From Camelus dromedarius (taxonomy: Eukaryota): a stretch of DNA of 64,000 nucleotides. Of the stretch, positions 1-13,010 are shown piece by piece (positions within the stretch are counted from its first letter, which is position 1; every line of letters begins with the position of its first letter). The stretch lies in contig NC_087437.1 of NCBI RefSeq assembly GCF_036321535.1, positions 82,834,001-82,898,000 of the forward strand. The letters run 5' to 3'. The position numbers were made by a program, and so were the translations under genes. A model generated the notes under the pieces. The model saw only the letters and a list, made by a program, of their open reading frames with translations. It was not told the origin of the DNA and searched no databases.

Positions 1-139
1 TTATTTGATTTTCAGTTTCTTTAGCTGTCAAAGAGGGGCCTGGAGTAGAACTCTAAAGGTCTCTTTCTGCTATGTTTGGTTCTGTGACCTATTGTTTCTT
101 TGCACAAAACATTTTGTATTAAAATTTGTTTTAATGTTT

Positions 140-2020
140 GCTTTTCTTTTGAAAGCTTTAGTGAGGTATAATTTACATACCATAAAATTCACCCATTTTT
201 AATGTATAGTTTGATGAGTTTTAGTAAACTATATAGCTATGTGAACATCACAAAAATCTAGGTTTAGAAATTTCCATCACCCCAGAAAGTTCTCTTGTAC
301 CCATTTGGAGTCAGTTCCCACCTCGCCCCTGGTCCCAGGAAGGTTCATCCTTGTTGTTACATCTCTAGTTTGTTCCTGTTTATTGGGGAGTAGTCTTCCT
401 TTGTGCGGGCACATACCATATTTTGTTTATCCATTACTAGTTGATAGAAAATTAGATTGTTTTTGTTTTGGGCAAATGTAAGAAGTGCTGCTATGACCAT
501 TTTTGGTGGACATACGATTCCTTTCCTCCTGGATAGATGACTAGAAGCGGAGTTGCTGGTTGCATCGTCTGTGTATGTTTATGTTTAGCATCGGAAGAAA
601 CTGCCAGATTGATTTTCAGAAATGTATGTGCCTCTTAGGGTTCCATCATCAGTGTAAGAAGGTTTCAAATTTGTCTACATTCTTACCAATATTTGGCATT
701 GTCAGCCTTTTTTTGATTATAGCTATAATAGTGATATGTAGTGGCATCTCACTGTAGTTTTAATATTCACTTCTCTAATGACTAAGCTGTTGAGCATCTT
801 TTCATGTGCTTATTTTCCATTAGTATATCTTTTTGAGGTATCTGATGAAATCTTTTGCCCATTTAAAAAAGTTGAATTGCAGGAGTTCTTTACACATTTC
901 AGATATGACGTCTTCATCGGATTAATGTTTTGCAGATATTTTCTCTTAGCCTGTTGTTTGTCAGCTCATTTTCTTAATGGTGTCTTTTGAGGAGCAATGT
1001 TTTATTTTTTTTAATTTTTTTTAACATTTCTTATTGATTTATAATCATTTTACAATGTTGTGTCAAATTCCAGTGTTCAGCACAATTTTTCAGTCATACA
1101 TGGACATATACACACTCATTGTGAGGAGCAATGTTTTAAATTTTGATGAAATCCAAATTAATATTTTTCTTTTGGTGTCGAATCTAGAAATCTTCGCCTT
1201 ACCCAAAGTCACAAAAGATTTCTTTTATGTCTTGTAAGAGTTTCATAAGTTTAGGTCTTATGGTTGATGATCCATTTTGACTTAATTTTCGTATGCATTT
1301 TGAAGTAAAGTTTTACATTCATTGTGATTTCGCACATCAATATCCAGCTGGCTTAGTACATTTGTTGAAAGGACTATTCTTTCTCTGTTAAGTTACCTTG
1401 ACGCTTTTGTCAGAAATCAATTGACCATATATGTGGATTTATTTCTGGACTCTGTTCTGCTCCATTGAGATTAATACAGATATTTGTCCTTAAAATGACA
1501 TCACATTGTCTTGTACTATAGTTTTATAGTGAGTTGAAAATCAGATAATGTAAGTCTTTCAACTGTCTTCTTTACCAAGATTGTTTTGGCTCTTCTATGC
1601 CCTTTGCATTTCCATGTACATTTTAGACTCATTAATTTCTAAAAAAGAAAAAAAAAAACACTAGGATTTTGGTATGGATTGCACTGAGTTGATCAATTTG
1701 GGGAGAACTGACATCGTAACAATATTGAGTCTTCTAGACCATGAATGTGGTATGTCTCCCCATTTATTTAGTTCTTTCATTTTTCTCAGCAGTGTTTTAT
1801 ATTTTTTAGTGTACTGGTTTTGAATTTCTTTTTTAAAATTTATCTCTAAATATCTTAATCTTTTGTTACAAATGAAGTTTTAAAGATTTCATTTCAGATT
1901 GTCACTAGTGTATGGAAATGCAATTTTTTGTATATTGATCTTGTGACCTTAGCTCCCTTACCAGTTCTGGTGGGGGTTTTGGTTGATTATTTGGGATTTT
2001 CTGCTCAACATGATCATGTA
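140..2020 (-). mobile_element. Old L1 (L1MB/L1MC-type) 3' portion, antisense
   Basis: Typical L1M 3'-end reverse complement (gaggtataatttacataccataaaattcaccc) continuing into degenerate ORF2-type sequence. Confidence 0.85.
1005..1121 (-). mobile_element. Young 5'-truncated L1 3' end nested in the older L1
   Basis: T-rich tail plus L1 3'UTR-like sequence between perfect 17-bp direct repeats tgaggagcaatgtttta (988-1004, 1122-1138). Confidence 0.85.
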
Positions 2021-2845
2021 TAGTCCTTGAAAATGGTGTCTGTGGAACTACACATTACTTTATTCAAGTGGTGTTGCTCAGCTTAAAATATTTTTGGAAC
2101 TTTTTATTCAGAATTTGTTAGACAATTTACCAAGCAAGTAAGAAAACCCATTTTTATTACTGGTGGATATCGCACTAATTTTTTTCTTCTTCCCTTTTAT
2201 CTTAACAAACTTAGATCTGTACTTAGGAGAATATGTTATTTTTTAAGTGTCTGTTAGACATTAAAGGGTAAAAGTTGACAGGCTGTTGGATATATGCACC
2301 TGAAGTCCAAGGAAAAGGCTGTGTGTAGAGGTGTCAATGTGGATTGTCACAGCATAGTTAAAGCTGTAGGACTGAACATGATCACCTAAGTGGCAATCCT
2401 CAGAAGAAAACTTGAGAAGATCTGATAAAGGTTTCAGGGCTGCCCTGAGCCAGGAATCTAGGGGCGCCCGGTGGAGAGCAGGTTAAGGATACTACTGATT
2501 GGCTATCGGTTCATTTATGAGCCACCTACCTACATGAAATGCTCTAAGTTAATTTTTAATTCCTTGTTACCATTTTAAAGAGTGTATGCATCTTTCACAG
2601 GAAATTGAGTCATCATAAGATCATGAATGCCTATATACACAGTTTTTCCTTTTGAATCATTTGAAGTTAATTACTTAGCATTTATTTTTTTCTCTCTTGA
2701 GTAATGTGATTTTTAAATCATTAAACGTTCTAGTCATCATTTTAGATTAATTTAATACTCGGTATACTCTGATTCTCTTAACTACATTATAAATATTATT
2801 GACTTTATGAGTCACACCAAATACTTTCTTTTCTTTCATTTCTAG

Positions 2846-2983
2846 GCAAATACTGTGGTCTGGGGTTGCAAATGAACCATTCAATTGAATCAAAAAGCAA
2901 TGAAATTACAGTGCTGTTCATGAGTGGAATTCATGCTTCTGGACGAGGATTTTTGGCCTCATACTCAGTTATAGATAAACAAG
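2846..2983 (+). CDS. DCBLD2: DCBLD2 exon 3 (C-terminal part of CUB domain)
   Basis: ttctag|GC...CAAG|gtaatt, 138 nt; encodes (G)[45 protein letters not shown], near-identical to recalled human DCBLD2. Confidence 0.97.
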
Positions 2984-4099
2984 GTAATTTTCACTTTATG
3001 TCACAAATCCAACATTTTACGATTTCTAAAAACAAAATGCAGTGTTATATTTGAGTACCTCTTATCTGAGATTGGAATAGAGTAGAAAGATTGAACAGTT
3101 AATAACACATACATAAATTTGACAAATAAAATTAGATCACTTTCAGAGTCTTAAAAAATTAATGTATTAACTTTTATGTAAAATCCTTTTATATACTTAA
3201 CCTTTCCTTAGTAGAAGAAATACTGATTTTTCTAGTTTTATAAGATTGGAACACAAATGATAATAACTTAAAAATCTGTCGATTATTGAAAAGTGTCATT
3301 TCAATTTAAAGCTTTCTTATCCAGTTTACCCCTTCATAGTACCGTGCTACCATATTACCGTTCTTCTCAAAGGAGAGCCTCTCATGCCACCAGGAGCACC
3401 CTGGGGAGTGCTGTCTGAGACACCACAAAATAAACATGAGATATTTTCTAGATTGTTAATATTTAGAGTCTGAAGGGGGAAATTAAAAACAAGGCTACTA
3501 TGTGGAACAGGATGCAAAATTTACTCGAATCTCTAAGCTACAATGCAGGACTTGAATGAAGGCTCTCTCAAGTTTTGGCTGCTGTGGCATTGACCCATTC
3601 CCCTCTGCTGTTAGTTGTCCTGTGGTAAGAAAGTTTTTTAAAATGTTACTAATACGAAGATGTAGTGAAACAGTCATTTAAAGTAGACAATAGATGATAA
3701 TTTTGACATTCAATAATGATTTAACTAAGTTGACCATTTAAAATTAAAAATTAGCTCCTATTTAATGTTGTATAAATGAGAAAATTGTTAAGCCCTTCTA
3801 GGTGTGAGAATGTTGGGCAGTGCGAATGATTATGGGCAGTGCAAGCTGTTTCTCAGCTGTGGTGAGATAAACACTATGTCTCATTATAAGTTTCACTAAC
3901 AGTGTGAAAGAGGAGAGCTGTGCCGGGTGAAGAAAGATCTGCTTTCTCTTAATTTTGAAGCTATGGAAAAAATTGTGAAGGCTAAGAAAATCCCTCAGAC
4001 AGCGTGAAAAAGAAAACTCACTGGGATAGAATAAGGCAGAGAAAAGAACTGGAAATATTATGCTAAGTGAACAGTTAAGATTTTTGACAACTGGTAAAG

Positions 4100-4285
4100 C
4101 TGAGGCAGTATGGTGTTGTGGAAGGGGCACTAAGTAGCTTTGGAATCCCAGCCTGCCCCTCTGCCGTGTACCAGCCAGATGACCTCTGACCTGTCACTCC
4201 TCCTGTGAGCTGCATCTGTAAATAGGTCAGTTGTGAGGACTAAGTCTAATCATTCATGCATAGTGTCTGTAGGCACCTGTTATAG
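4100..4285 (+). mobile_element. MIR SINE
   Basis: gaatcccagc...catctgtaaaatagg...gttgtgaggactaag resembles MIR core. Confidence 0.6.
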
Positions 4286-5828
4286 TGGACAGAAAACAAA
4301 TAATTTGTTTCCCGCTTTCACCACTTCACACCCCCGCCTCATTTTCCGAGTCCCACCCCCAATCAAAAGAGTAAGGTGGAAAACACTGAGTGAGATGATA
4401 GATTTCTTTCCTTTCTTTTTACTTTCTGAAAGTCTTGGTTGATGGTTGAGAGGATAGAAAATAATTAATTTGCTGCTTATTCTCTTTAAGTTTCTTGGTC
4501 TCAGTATCAGGTTAAATTATTTATTTTGCAGTTTCATATTTTCCCTTTACTCTCTTTTGTTATTTATTGAGTCAAAGTTTTCTGGAAAAAATATTTCCTC
4601 TTTAAAAAAAACTTTCTTACATGGATATTTAAATTATGCAACTTTTGATCTACAGAAACCTAAACGTGCATTAAAGTTTCTTAAGAATTGACACTCATTT
4701 CTGATAACAGAATCAGTTATTGTAGACTTACATACATCTATGCCAAATTTCAAATGGCTGGGTCACGATTTTAGATGAATCTTAGCTTCCAAAGATTCTT
4801 TGAAATATTCACCATAATCAGGAACTTCTTTACGGTAACACTTTCCAAGGTCATAATCACCCTGGGAAATCCTCATTGCACAGCTCCCTCCTGAGTTTTT
4901 ACTTAATGTTTTTGTATGTTCTTGTCCCATCCATCAAGCATTTGTTTTATTTGAAGTGAATTGGCTAGGCTAAATTCAAGAGAATACTGGTTAAATTTCA
5001 TGTTACTTCTTCTTGGGTGGCCTTGCAGACAGTTTCTTGTAATGACTCATTCATTTGAAGGCTGGTTGGCTTTGGTTGAGAGTCTCAGCTTGTTTCCATC
5101 CAGGAACTTAGCTGACACACTGAATTCCATGAATATTTTCAAGGAACATCTACATGTCCCCAGCTTAACAACCTAGTTGAAGGTTTAGAGTATTTGGGAA
5201 TGAAAAGGTTGTGGAAAATCTTACTTCAGTAGCTTCTTCATTTAAACTGTGAAACTGTCACAGAGACTTGTTAATAATTATTATAGTGTGATGTGTTGTT
5301 GTTGATAGTGTCATGATTTTGTGTAAGATAGACTAATTTTCATTACTTTGTACAAGAGCCCATTGCAAAATTACATTCCCTTCAATATTGGCCTTATTTC
5401 CTGCAGTATGCCAGGCACTGGGAAGACAGCAGTAAATGAGACACAACCTCCCCTTCATAGGACTCACAGTCCAGGGTTGGAAAAAGGCACGGTTGTTGCA
5501 GTTAGGATAAGTATGATGAAGGAAACGTACCAACAGGAGGAGGCCAGAGAGGTGCGGGGAGTAGTGGCTTTGCATGAGTGCAAAGCTTTCCTGAAGTCAT
5601 TTCTGAGCCTTAGAACCAAAGGATTAATTGGAGGTTCCAGGCAGACAAAGGAGAAATATTCTAGGGAAGAGAACAGCAGGTGCAAAGGGCTTACTATGTG
5701 AAGGAGCTTTGCGGGAGCCAGAAAAAAAGCCAGCACTTCTGGGGTGGAGTGAACGTGTGGTGAGTACGTCACATTTTTCGGGGCCTTGTAGAAACTATAA
5801 GGGCACTTATCCCGCAAAGAATGCATGG

Positions 5829-5970
5829 CACAGGGCACTATATTCCATATCTTGTAGTAACCGATAATGAAAAAGAATATGAAAAGGAATATATATATGT
5901 ATACGTATGACTGAACAATTACGTTCTACACCAGAAATTGACACATTGACTATACTTCAGTTAAAAAAAA
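5829..5970 (+). mobile_element. Truncated L1 3' end (cetartiodactyl-type) inside an L2 relic
   Basis: cacagggcactatattccatatcttgtagtaacc...gactatacttcagttaaaaaaaaa; flanked by aaagaatgcatgg / aaaaagtgcatgg; similar to copies at 49021 and 53150. Confidence 0.8.
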
Positions 5971-8900
5971 AGTGCATGGAAGCTGTTAGAGCACATTAGT
6001 GATAGGACTGGATTTATATTTTAGTTTCTGTTTTGCTTTTTTTATGATTCCCTGCTCTGTGAAGATTGGGCCAAAAAGAGGGAAGAGTAATTGTAGGGAG
6101 GCCGGTTAAGAGGCTGCGGAGGGGACACCAGGTCAGAGGTGATTGAATTAAGAAGTCTTGTTATAAGTGTGACTCTAGAATTAGGCCAAATCCTAATTTA
6201 ATTCTTTTTAAAGTCTTTTGAACCAGATATGTCTTCTACAAGGAGACATTTCAAAGGATTAGGATTCATCCTACCTGAGTTGGAGTTGTGGTGAGAGGCT
6301 TTGGACACAGAGGAGCCCCTGGGCTGAAGCGCTGAGCTGCCTCTGTGCCGCGGCTGTGTCAGGGCTCTGTACCCGGTGTCCTCTCCACTTTGGGGTCTGG
6401 TTTTTATGACTTCTGCGGCTTTATTCCTCTCTGTTATTTTTAGTGACCTTTGAGCCGTAGTTTCCAGTCTTTTCCTTTACCAGTTATCACTTTTAATTTT
6501 CACCTGTAAACCTCATTTTTAAGAGATGTTATCTACCAGTGAGAGAAAAATTTCCTGTTTCCATTGGGTAGCAAGGAAAGACAGATGTATTAATCAGCAC
6601 TTCAGTAATTATTAGAGGATTGGTAATTCTACTCTGAGTTAGTATAATTCCATCAGATTCCAACTATACTTTCTGAAATTGAAATTTTCATTTGAAAATT
6701 GAAGATGGATGTGGATCCTAGAGATACCCTGAACATCATATTAGCAACTACTGGTTAGAAGTTCTGTGGAGAGAAACTCCTTAGTTACTGCTGGTCTCAC
6801 TGAGAGAGGTAGAACCCACCACTCAGAGGTCCAGACTCAGTAACTCAGATCTTTTAATCCAGTACACTAAATGACACTGACATTTTCATTCTAAAATGTA
6901 AATATAAAAACAGCATTTAGCACTGGACTTGAAAAATAAATTTTATAGGTGAGTGACCTAAATTCCTGGTTTTGAACCTGTTCAGCATTACCCAGTTTCT
7001 AAGAAAAGCTCAACATTTCTAGGATGACTCTGGGCAATGATTTTTTAAGTAATTTTAGTCACAGAACGATGAGCTCAGAAGACATATCTGCACTTGCATT
7101 GAAAGCTTCAGGTCCTTTAAGGCAGTCTCTATTTGTTATGTGCCATAAAGCGGGTTTATGTGTTGTGTGTGTACACGTATGCACATACATGCACAACTGA
7201 AAACTGGTAGTCTGATACTCCTTTTGTAGAACATGAAATCATCCCTCAAAAAGTAATGTTAAACCTTGTTACTTTAGATTTCACCACTCCAGGACTGTGT
7301 CGTATTCAGTGTAAAGTTTGCCTTTATTTTTGTAGGAAAAAATAGGAGATTGTTTAAAATTTTATGTGAGATAAAATGATCCTGTATAGATGTATTAGCA
7401 TCCTCCCTAAGTGGAATTCATAAACACTTGTTTATCATTACCTGCTGAACCCTTCAAATCTGATGACAGTGTGCTGAAGACTTGTGAACAGCTGAGCCTG
7501 GCACATATTCCCATTTGACAGTTATTATTGCTATATGTTAGATTATTTTTAGAATTAGCACCAAGAGCACAATTTGCTGATTGCTACATTCTTTAACCAC
7601 ATATTTTTCAAATATTTTCCATTTCTTCTGTCTTACATCAGATTGTATTAACTTGTAAATGAAACATAGGGCGGAATAGAGAACTCCTTTCTAATAGAGT
7701 CCAGATTTCTGTAACTGGTTGTGTTTTTCTGCTTGGGATGTTTCTGGTTTTGAAAATAGAGCATGAATTCCTTAGATGGTTTGCTACCTTAATTGTACAA
7801 TAATTTTATAGAATCCTTTCTGTTTTGAGTACTACACTTAGCTATATTTCTAATTTTAGTTTTTCTGTTGTCCCTAATTTTTGTTGTATCTGGCAACTGT
7901 TTTAAAACTTTTAAACTATTAAGTAAGATTTTATTAATGAAGTCTCTGTTTATGTGCATATCTTTAGATTTGTCCTTATTTATACACAAATGAATATGTA
8001 TAGTGAGTATACATGCAGAAAAATATCTGTATTGTGGTGTCAATTAGTAGAATAAAGGTGCTGATGAATAGTGTTACCAATTTTGCAGAGAGCATTTGTA
8101 AACAATTAATTTGTTAATCTGGTGTAACCCAAACAGGCAGTTCACCTTATGAGAGAGTTTATTTCAAGGTGACGGATAAGCTGACAAGCACCTTAATATT
8201 TTAGTGTTTATTACGTGTTTTTCATTTTGTTTTTAGTGGGTTAGAAATGCTATGAAGGGATTACGAATGTGTTTGTGCTGTGTGGTGCTCTCCTGGGGAC
8301 GACTCACTGCTACTCTTACTAGGTTATTATTAGTGTCCTCGGTACTAGGTTGCAAAAGGTTTTAGTGTGTCTTACAATCTTTAATATGTTTTAGTATCTT
8401 TTATATTTTAATATAAATGTCTTATTTTACTATATCTTATAATGACTTGTAATGTCTTGCATTCATTTCTTAGTATGTAGGCATTTAGGTGTGGAGAGGG
8501 TTTGATTTATTATCCATGTGTAGCTTATAGCTTATCCGACTGCCTCGTTCATTGCTAGGCCGCTGAGCATGCCTACATCATCCATTTAGAAAAAAACATT
8601 GACTATTGTCATCTGAGAAAATTTTTCCTTTTGTGGACTCAGCTTCCACAGATGGCATTGTAATATTTCTAAGAGAAACACAAGATTTAATGTCTGCTCT
8701 CAGTATGTAAAAGGAGATTAAATGTAAAATGCCATTTAAAGTATCTGCCACTTAGTAACTGTTAATGGACTCCGAGTCACAATAAATTATGTTTCATTAT
8801 ATATATAAATTTTCTTTCACCAAATTGCAGATGGTACAAAAATTAATGCCAGGTTCCTGTCATGGAAACAAGGAGTTAGGCCCCAGGTCACACAGTAGTA

Positions 8901-10369
8901 TTGACGAGAGAACTTAGCAACAAGATGCGCCTTGTCTGTCCCGCATTTTCTAGCAGTTGAACAGAGGCGCTGCTGTAGGTGTGTATGACTGCGATGCAAG
9001 GTTGCTGGCGGAGTATGAATTGGGAAAGCATGACTTCATGTCCCTTCAGGCTCTGGGAAATGTAAAGAATTTTAGAGCAAATCAAGGAGCAGAATTTGTA
9101 GGTATATATTGTCTTGCTCATATATTTTCTTCTTTCTATGATTTAGTTACAGTACCTCTATGTGTTCTTGAGGTAGAATAAACACAGTTGCTCAAGATTC
9201 CCTTTCTTCAGAAGTAAATGGCTTCAACTGGACAAATATTGTACCCTGCAGCTCATAGAGCTGGTGTTATACTGTTGTAAGTGATGGGTTCTAATAGTGC
9301 TAAGGAGTGTTTTTTCCATTTATTCAAGAACACGAAACAGTGTTAATTGGGGGAAGATCTAAATCTCTTTCACAATCCTGCAATCTCACAAATAGCCAGT
9401 ACTGTCAATCAAAAATATTTCCAAGATAGTAGCCAGTATGCCGATTCTTTTGATTAATTTGTGAACTTATAAAATATTTATCTTATTTTCATGGTATTAT
9501 GTGTGGGTTAATGTTAGATCATGTTCAAATAAATATTTTGTGGAAGAATTATGACATTCCTTAGCCTGTGCAGTTATTATGTATGGGAAAATTTTTAACT
9601 GTATTTGAAAAGAAACCTATGTATAGGATATCAACTACGGCTGATGATAGTAGTGCTCAGTTTGGGGCTGTCTTAGAAAACCTGCTGTTGTTTTCATTAA
9701 GAAGACCCTGAAGTTATTCCTCCTGTTGTTGATGATTGGCTCTCCTTTGGTTTTATCTTTTCTCATGCTCCTCCTTACAATCACACCATCTTGCCTTCAG
9801 AACCCCACCGAGGCCTGCCTCCTCTTTGAAGCCTTCTAAGGTTAAAGAAGGCAGATGTCAGAGAAGCTCTTTCCGTAGGGATTACGATCACACTCACGTT
9901 GGGTTAGACTCTACCGCAAAGACTAGCATAGATGTCTACTAGCACTGTAGACATCACCTCTGCTTTGGGCTGAGCAAGGAAGAGGACAGAGTGCCAGCCG
10001 GTTGGCCGGCTTCAGCAGAACCCCAGGGGGCATTCTGCTCACAACTGCTGCCTCTCTCTGTTGTCCACAGCACCTGAATGAAGTACACCATGTATCTAGT
10101 GTTTTGTGTAGTCATATGTGTGATGTAAATATTGTTTTGTGTGTATTAAATATTTGATTAAAATTACAAAAAAAAATCCCATGCAGAAGCTCTTAGCTGA
10201 GAAGTGGTAAATCACATACTGCTCTTCACTGTAAACATAGCACTGAACTTCTGGAATTGTAGGATGTGCTAAAGTCTGCAGCATGATAATGGAGCTGACA
10301 ATGAGTGCTGTATCAGTATTTATTATAATCATTGCCCTAAGCACTTTACATTATAAAACTGTACTTTCA

Positions 10370-11035
10370 GTTTGCTCAGGTCAGAAGCCTTGGAGTTATC
10401 TTTGACTCTTCTCTTTGTCTCAAACTTCACATCCATCAGGCACACCTCTGAATATGTGTTCATATATCAGAGTCTGACTGCATCTCATCGCCTCCAGTGC
10501 CACCACTCTCGGTCACGTTACCAACAACCCTGATGTCAGTTCTGCCCAGTGATCAGTGTGATCCTATTAAATGGAAGGTCCCACCTCACGCTGCCCACTG
10601 TCCTTACCTCCAAGACACGATAGCATGTCTTCTCATTACTCGTTTGACTTCATCTCTTGTTTTCCCCTTGTTCTGACCTCAGACATGCCCTTCTGAGTCC
10701 CTCTGCCTCTTCTCAGTTATCCACATACCTGATACCTCACTCCCTCACCTGTTTTAGAGTTGTATTCAAATGCAGTCTTCTCAGTAAGGCCCCCCTGGCC
10801 ACTTTCTTTAAAATTGCAACCCCTTAAGTTTTTTCCTTACTGCCTTCCTTTCATTATTTTTCTAGGTATTTATCACCTCCCAGCTCACTATATATTTTTC
10901 TTCCTCACATTATCTGTTTTCTCTTACCCCTCGCAGGAGGTACTCTTCACATATGCAGGGATTTTTGTCTGATTGGCACCTAGAAGAATGCCTAATCATA
11001 ATACATGCTTATTAAATGTTTTTTGAATGAACAAA
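10370..11035 (+). mobile_element. L2 LINE 3' fragment
   Basis: Pyrimidine-rich L2-like body ending gcacctagaagaatgcc...taaatgttttttgaatgaa. Confidence 0.65.
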
Positions 11036-11141
11036 CTGCCAATCCTGGGTCTTTTACTAATAAGCTTCATTGCATCCATTCATGCAGTCTTGCTGTATAT
11101 TATATGAAAGGAAATTGTTACTACTTTCGTGATAGCTTCTT

Positions 11142-12472
11142 TTTCTTTCTTTTTTCAAGTTTTTAATATTAGTTTTATGGAGATAATTTACATACCATAC
11201 AATTCATCTACTTAAAATATACAATTCATTGATTTTTCAGTATGTTCAGAGTTGTGTAGTTATCACCACAGTCAATTTTAGAACATTTGCATCACCCCAG
11301 ATAAACCCTATATTCAGTAAAAATCACTCCCCAGTCCCTAGCCCTTAACCCTCTCCAGTCCTTGGTTACCACTGATCTACTTTTTTCTCTATAGATTTGC
11401 CTCTTCTGGACATTTCACCTAGATGAAATCATACATAGTGAGGCATTGTATGACTGGCTTCTTTCACGTGACACGTTTTCAGAGTTCATCCATGTTGTAG
11501 TGTGTTTGAGTACATCATTCCTTTTTAAGGCCACATAATATTTCATTTTCAGGGTATACCACTTTTTCCCCCCATTTTGTTTACCCGTCCATCAGTTGAT
11601 GAACATTTGTGTACAAGTGTTGTATGGACACATGTCTTCCATTTTCTTGGGTGTATATCTAGTAGTGGAATTGCTGGGTCATACAGTACCTCTGAGTTCA
11701 CCCTTTTAAGGTGCTGCCAGACGATTTTCCAAAGCAGTTGCACCATTTCACAATCCCTCTAGCAATGTATGCGGGTTCGGTTTCTCTACATCCTTGCCAA
11801 CAGTTATCTGTTTTTTGATTCTAGCCATCCTAGTGGGTGTAAGTGGTATCTCATTGTGATTTTTATTTTTATTTTCCTGACGGTTAATGACTGCTGAGTG
11901 TCTTTTCATGTGCTTATTGGCCATTTGTATATCTTCATTGGAGAAATGTCTGTTTAGATCCTTTGCTCATTTTTAAATTAGGTTATTTGTCTTTTTAAGG
12001 TCGAGTTGTAATAATTCTTTATGTATTCTGGATACTAGGTCCTTATCAGATACATGGTTTGCAAGTATTTTGTCATTCTTTGGGTTGTATTTCTCTTTCA
12101 TGAGAGGATTCTTTAAAGCACAAAAGTTTTCAATTTTGATGAAATCACTTTATATAATTTTATGTGGTTACTTCTGATTTTGGTGCTATATCTAAGAAAC
12201 CATTGCTTAATCCATGGTCAAGATTTGCAACTATATTTTCTTCTAAGTGTTTTATAGTTTTAGAATTGCATTTAGATACACTTTGAGTTCATTTTTGTAT
12301 GATCGGAGGTAGGGGTTTCAGTTTCATTCTTTTGCATGTGGATACCCAGTTGTCCCAGCAGCATTTGTTAAAAAGACTGTTCTTACCCCACTGAATTGTC
12401 TTGGCACCCTTGTTGAAATCAGTTGACTGTAAGTTTGAGGATTTATTTCTAGACTCTCGGTTCTGTTCCATT
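11142..12472 (-). mobile_element. 5'-truncated L1MB-type LINE, antisense
   Basis: L1M 3'-end signature; - strand ORF2 peptides DFNKGAKTIQWGKNSLFNKCCWDNW and [12 protein letters not shown]; probable TSD tagcttctt (11133-11141, 12481-12489). Confidence 0.9.
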
Positions 12473-12481
12473 CATGATGGT

Positions 12482-13010
12482 AGCTTCTTACACTTCTTAC
12501 ACTCTGAGAAATCTTTGAGTCGGGTGGTTTCCTCTGAGCTGTCTTCATCTTGCCTCAGCTGTATTCTTATTAGCTGGAAGCCTTGTAGTGATAGTGAATT
12601 TCTGGAAAGCTGTTTACTTGGGAGAAGCTTTCAAGAAAGACACATTCTAAAGCTTCTTAGTTCCCTGCTTAGTTGATGTTTTCTTTGCCTTGGTGGAGTT
12701 GTAAAGGTGAAAGTCTGTAATCGTGGCGTTCTGTTTCTGTCTTTGTATTCTTGATCTTCTTGCAGCTGTCCGTTTTGAATTTGTATTTTCCTCCAAGGGA
12801 GTTCTTTTGAGCCCGCATGGAATTTGAGAGCAAGACCATGTGAGTTGCATACATTTGCGCATAATCTGGAGTGTCAGCACTGCGTGGATCTTATTATAAT
12901 AAAGCCGTGTTCTGATCAAGATCCGTAGTTGACTAGCATTCTGGCATGTGGCCTGAAGGCAGTCGGGCCAGCTGGCAGGCTTCTGGTGGCTTGAATGCCG
13001 TGTTGGACCA
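12482..13010 (-). pseudogene. RPL14: Decayed processed pseudogene of ribosomal protein L14 (eL14)
   Basis: Colinear intronless peptide blocks on - strand versus recalled RPL14: FRPHARMLV/FGPHAGKLV, DQNTAL/DQNRAL, KCMQLT/KCMQLT, TNSKRTAARR/INTKWAATRW, ITDFHLYNSTKAKK/MTDFDRFKVMKAKK, TKKL*NVSFLKASPK*/VKKLQKAALLKASPKK; start ATG appears as ACG (ccaacACG, 12999-13001); frameshifts and stops. Confidence 0.85.

Noticed and set aside
8815..9020. Possible CR1/L3 reverse transcriptase remnant (accaaattgcagatggtacaaaatta, resembling KFADDTKL codons)
   Set aside because: Similarity too short for me to support without a profile search.
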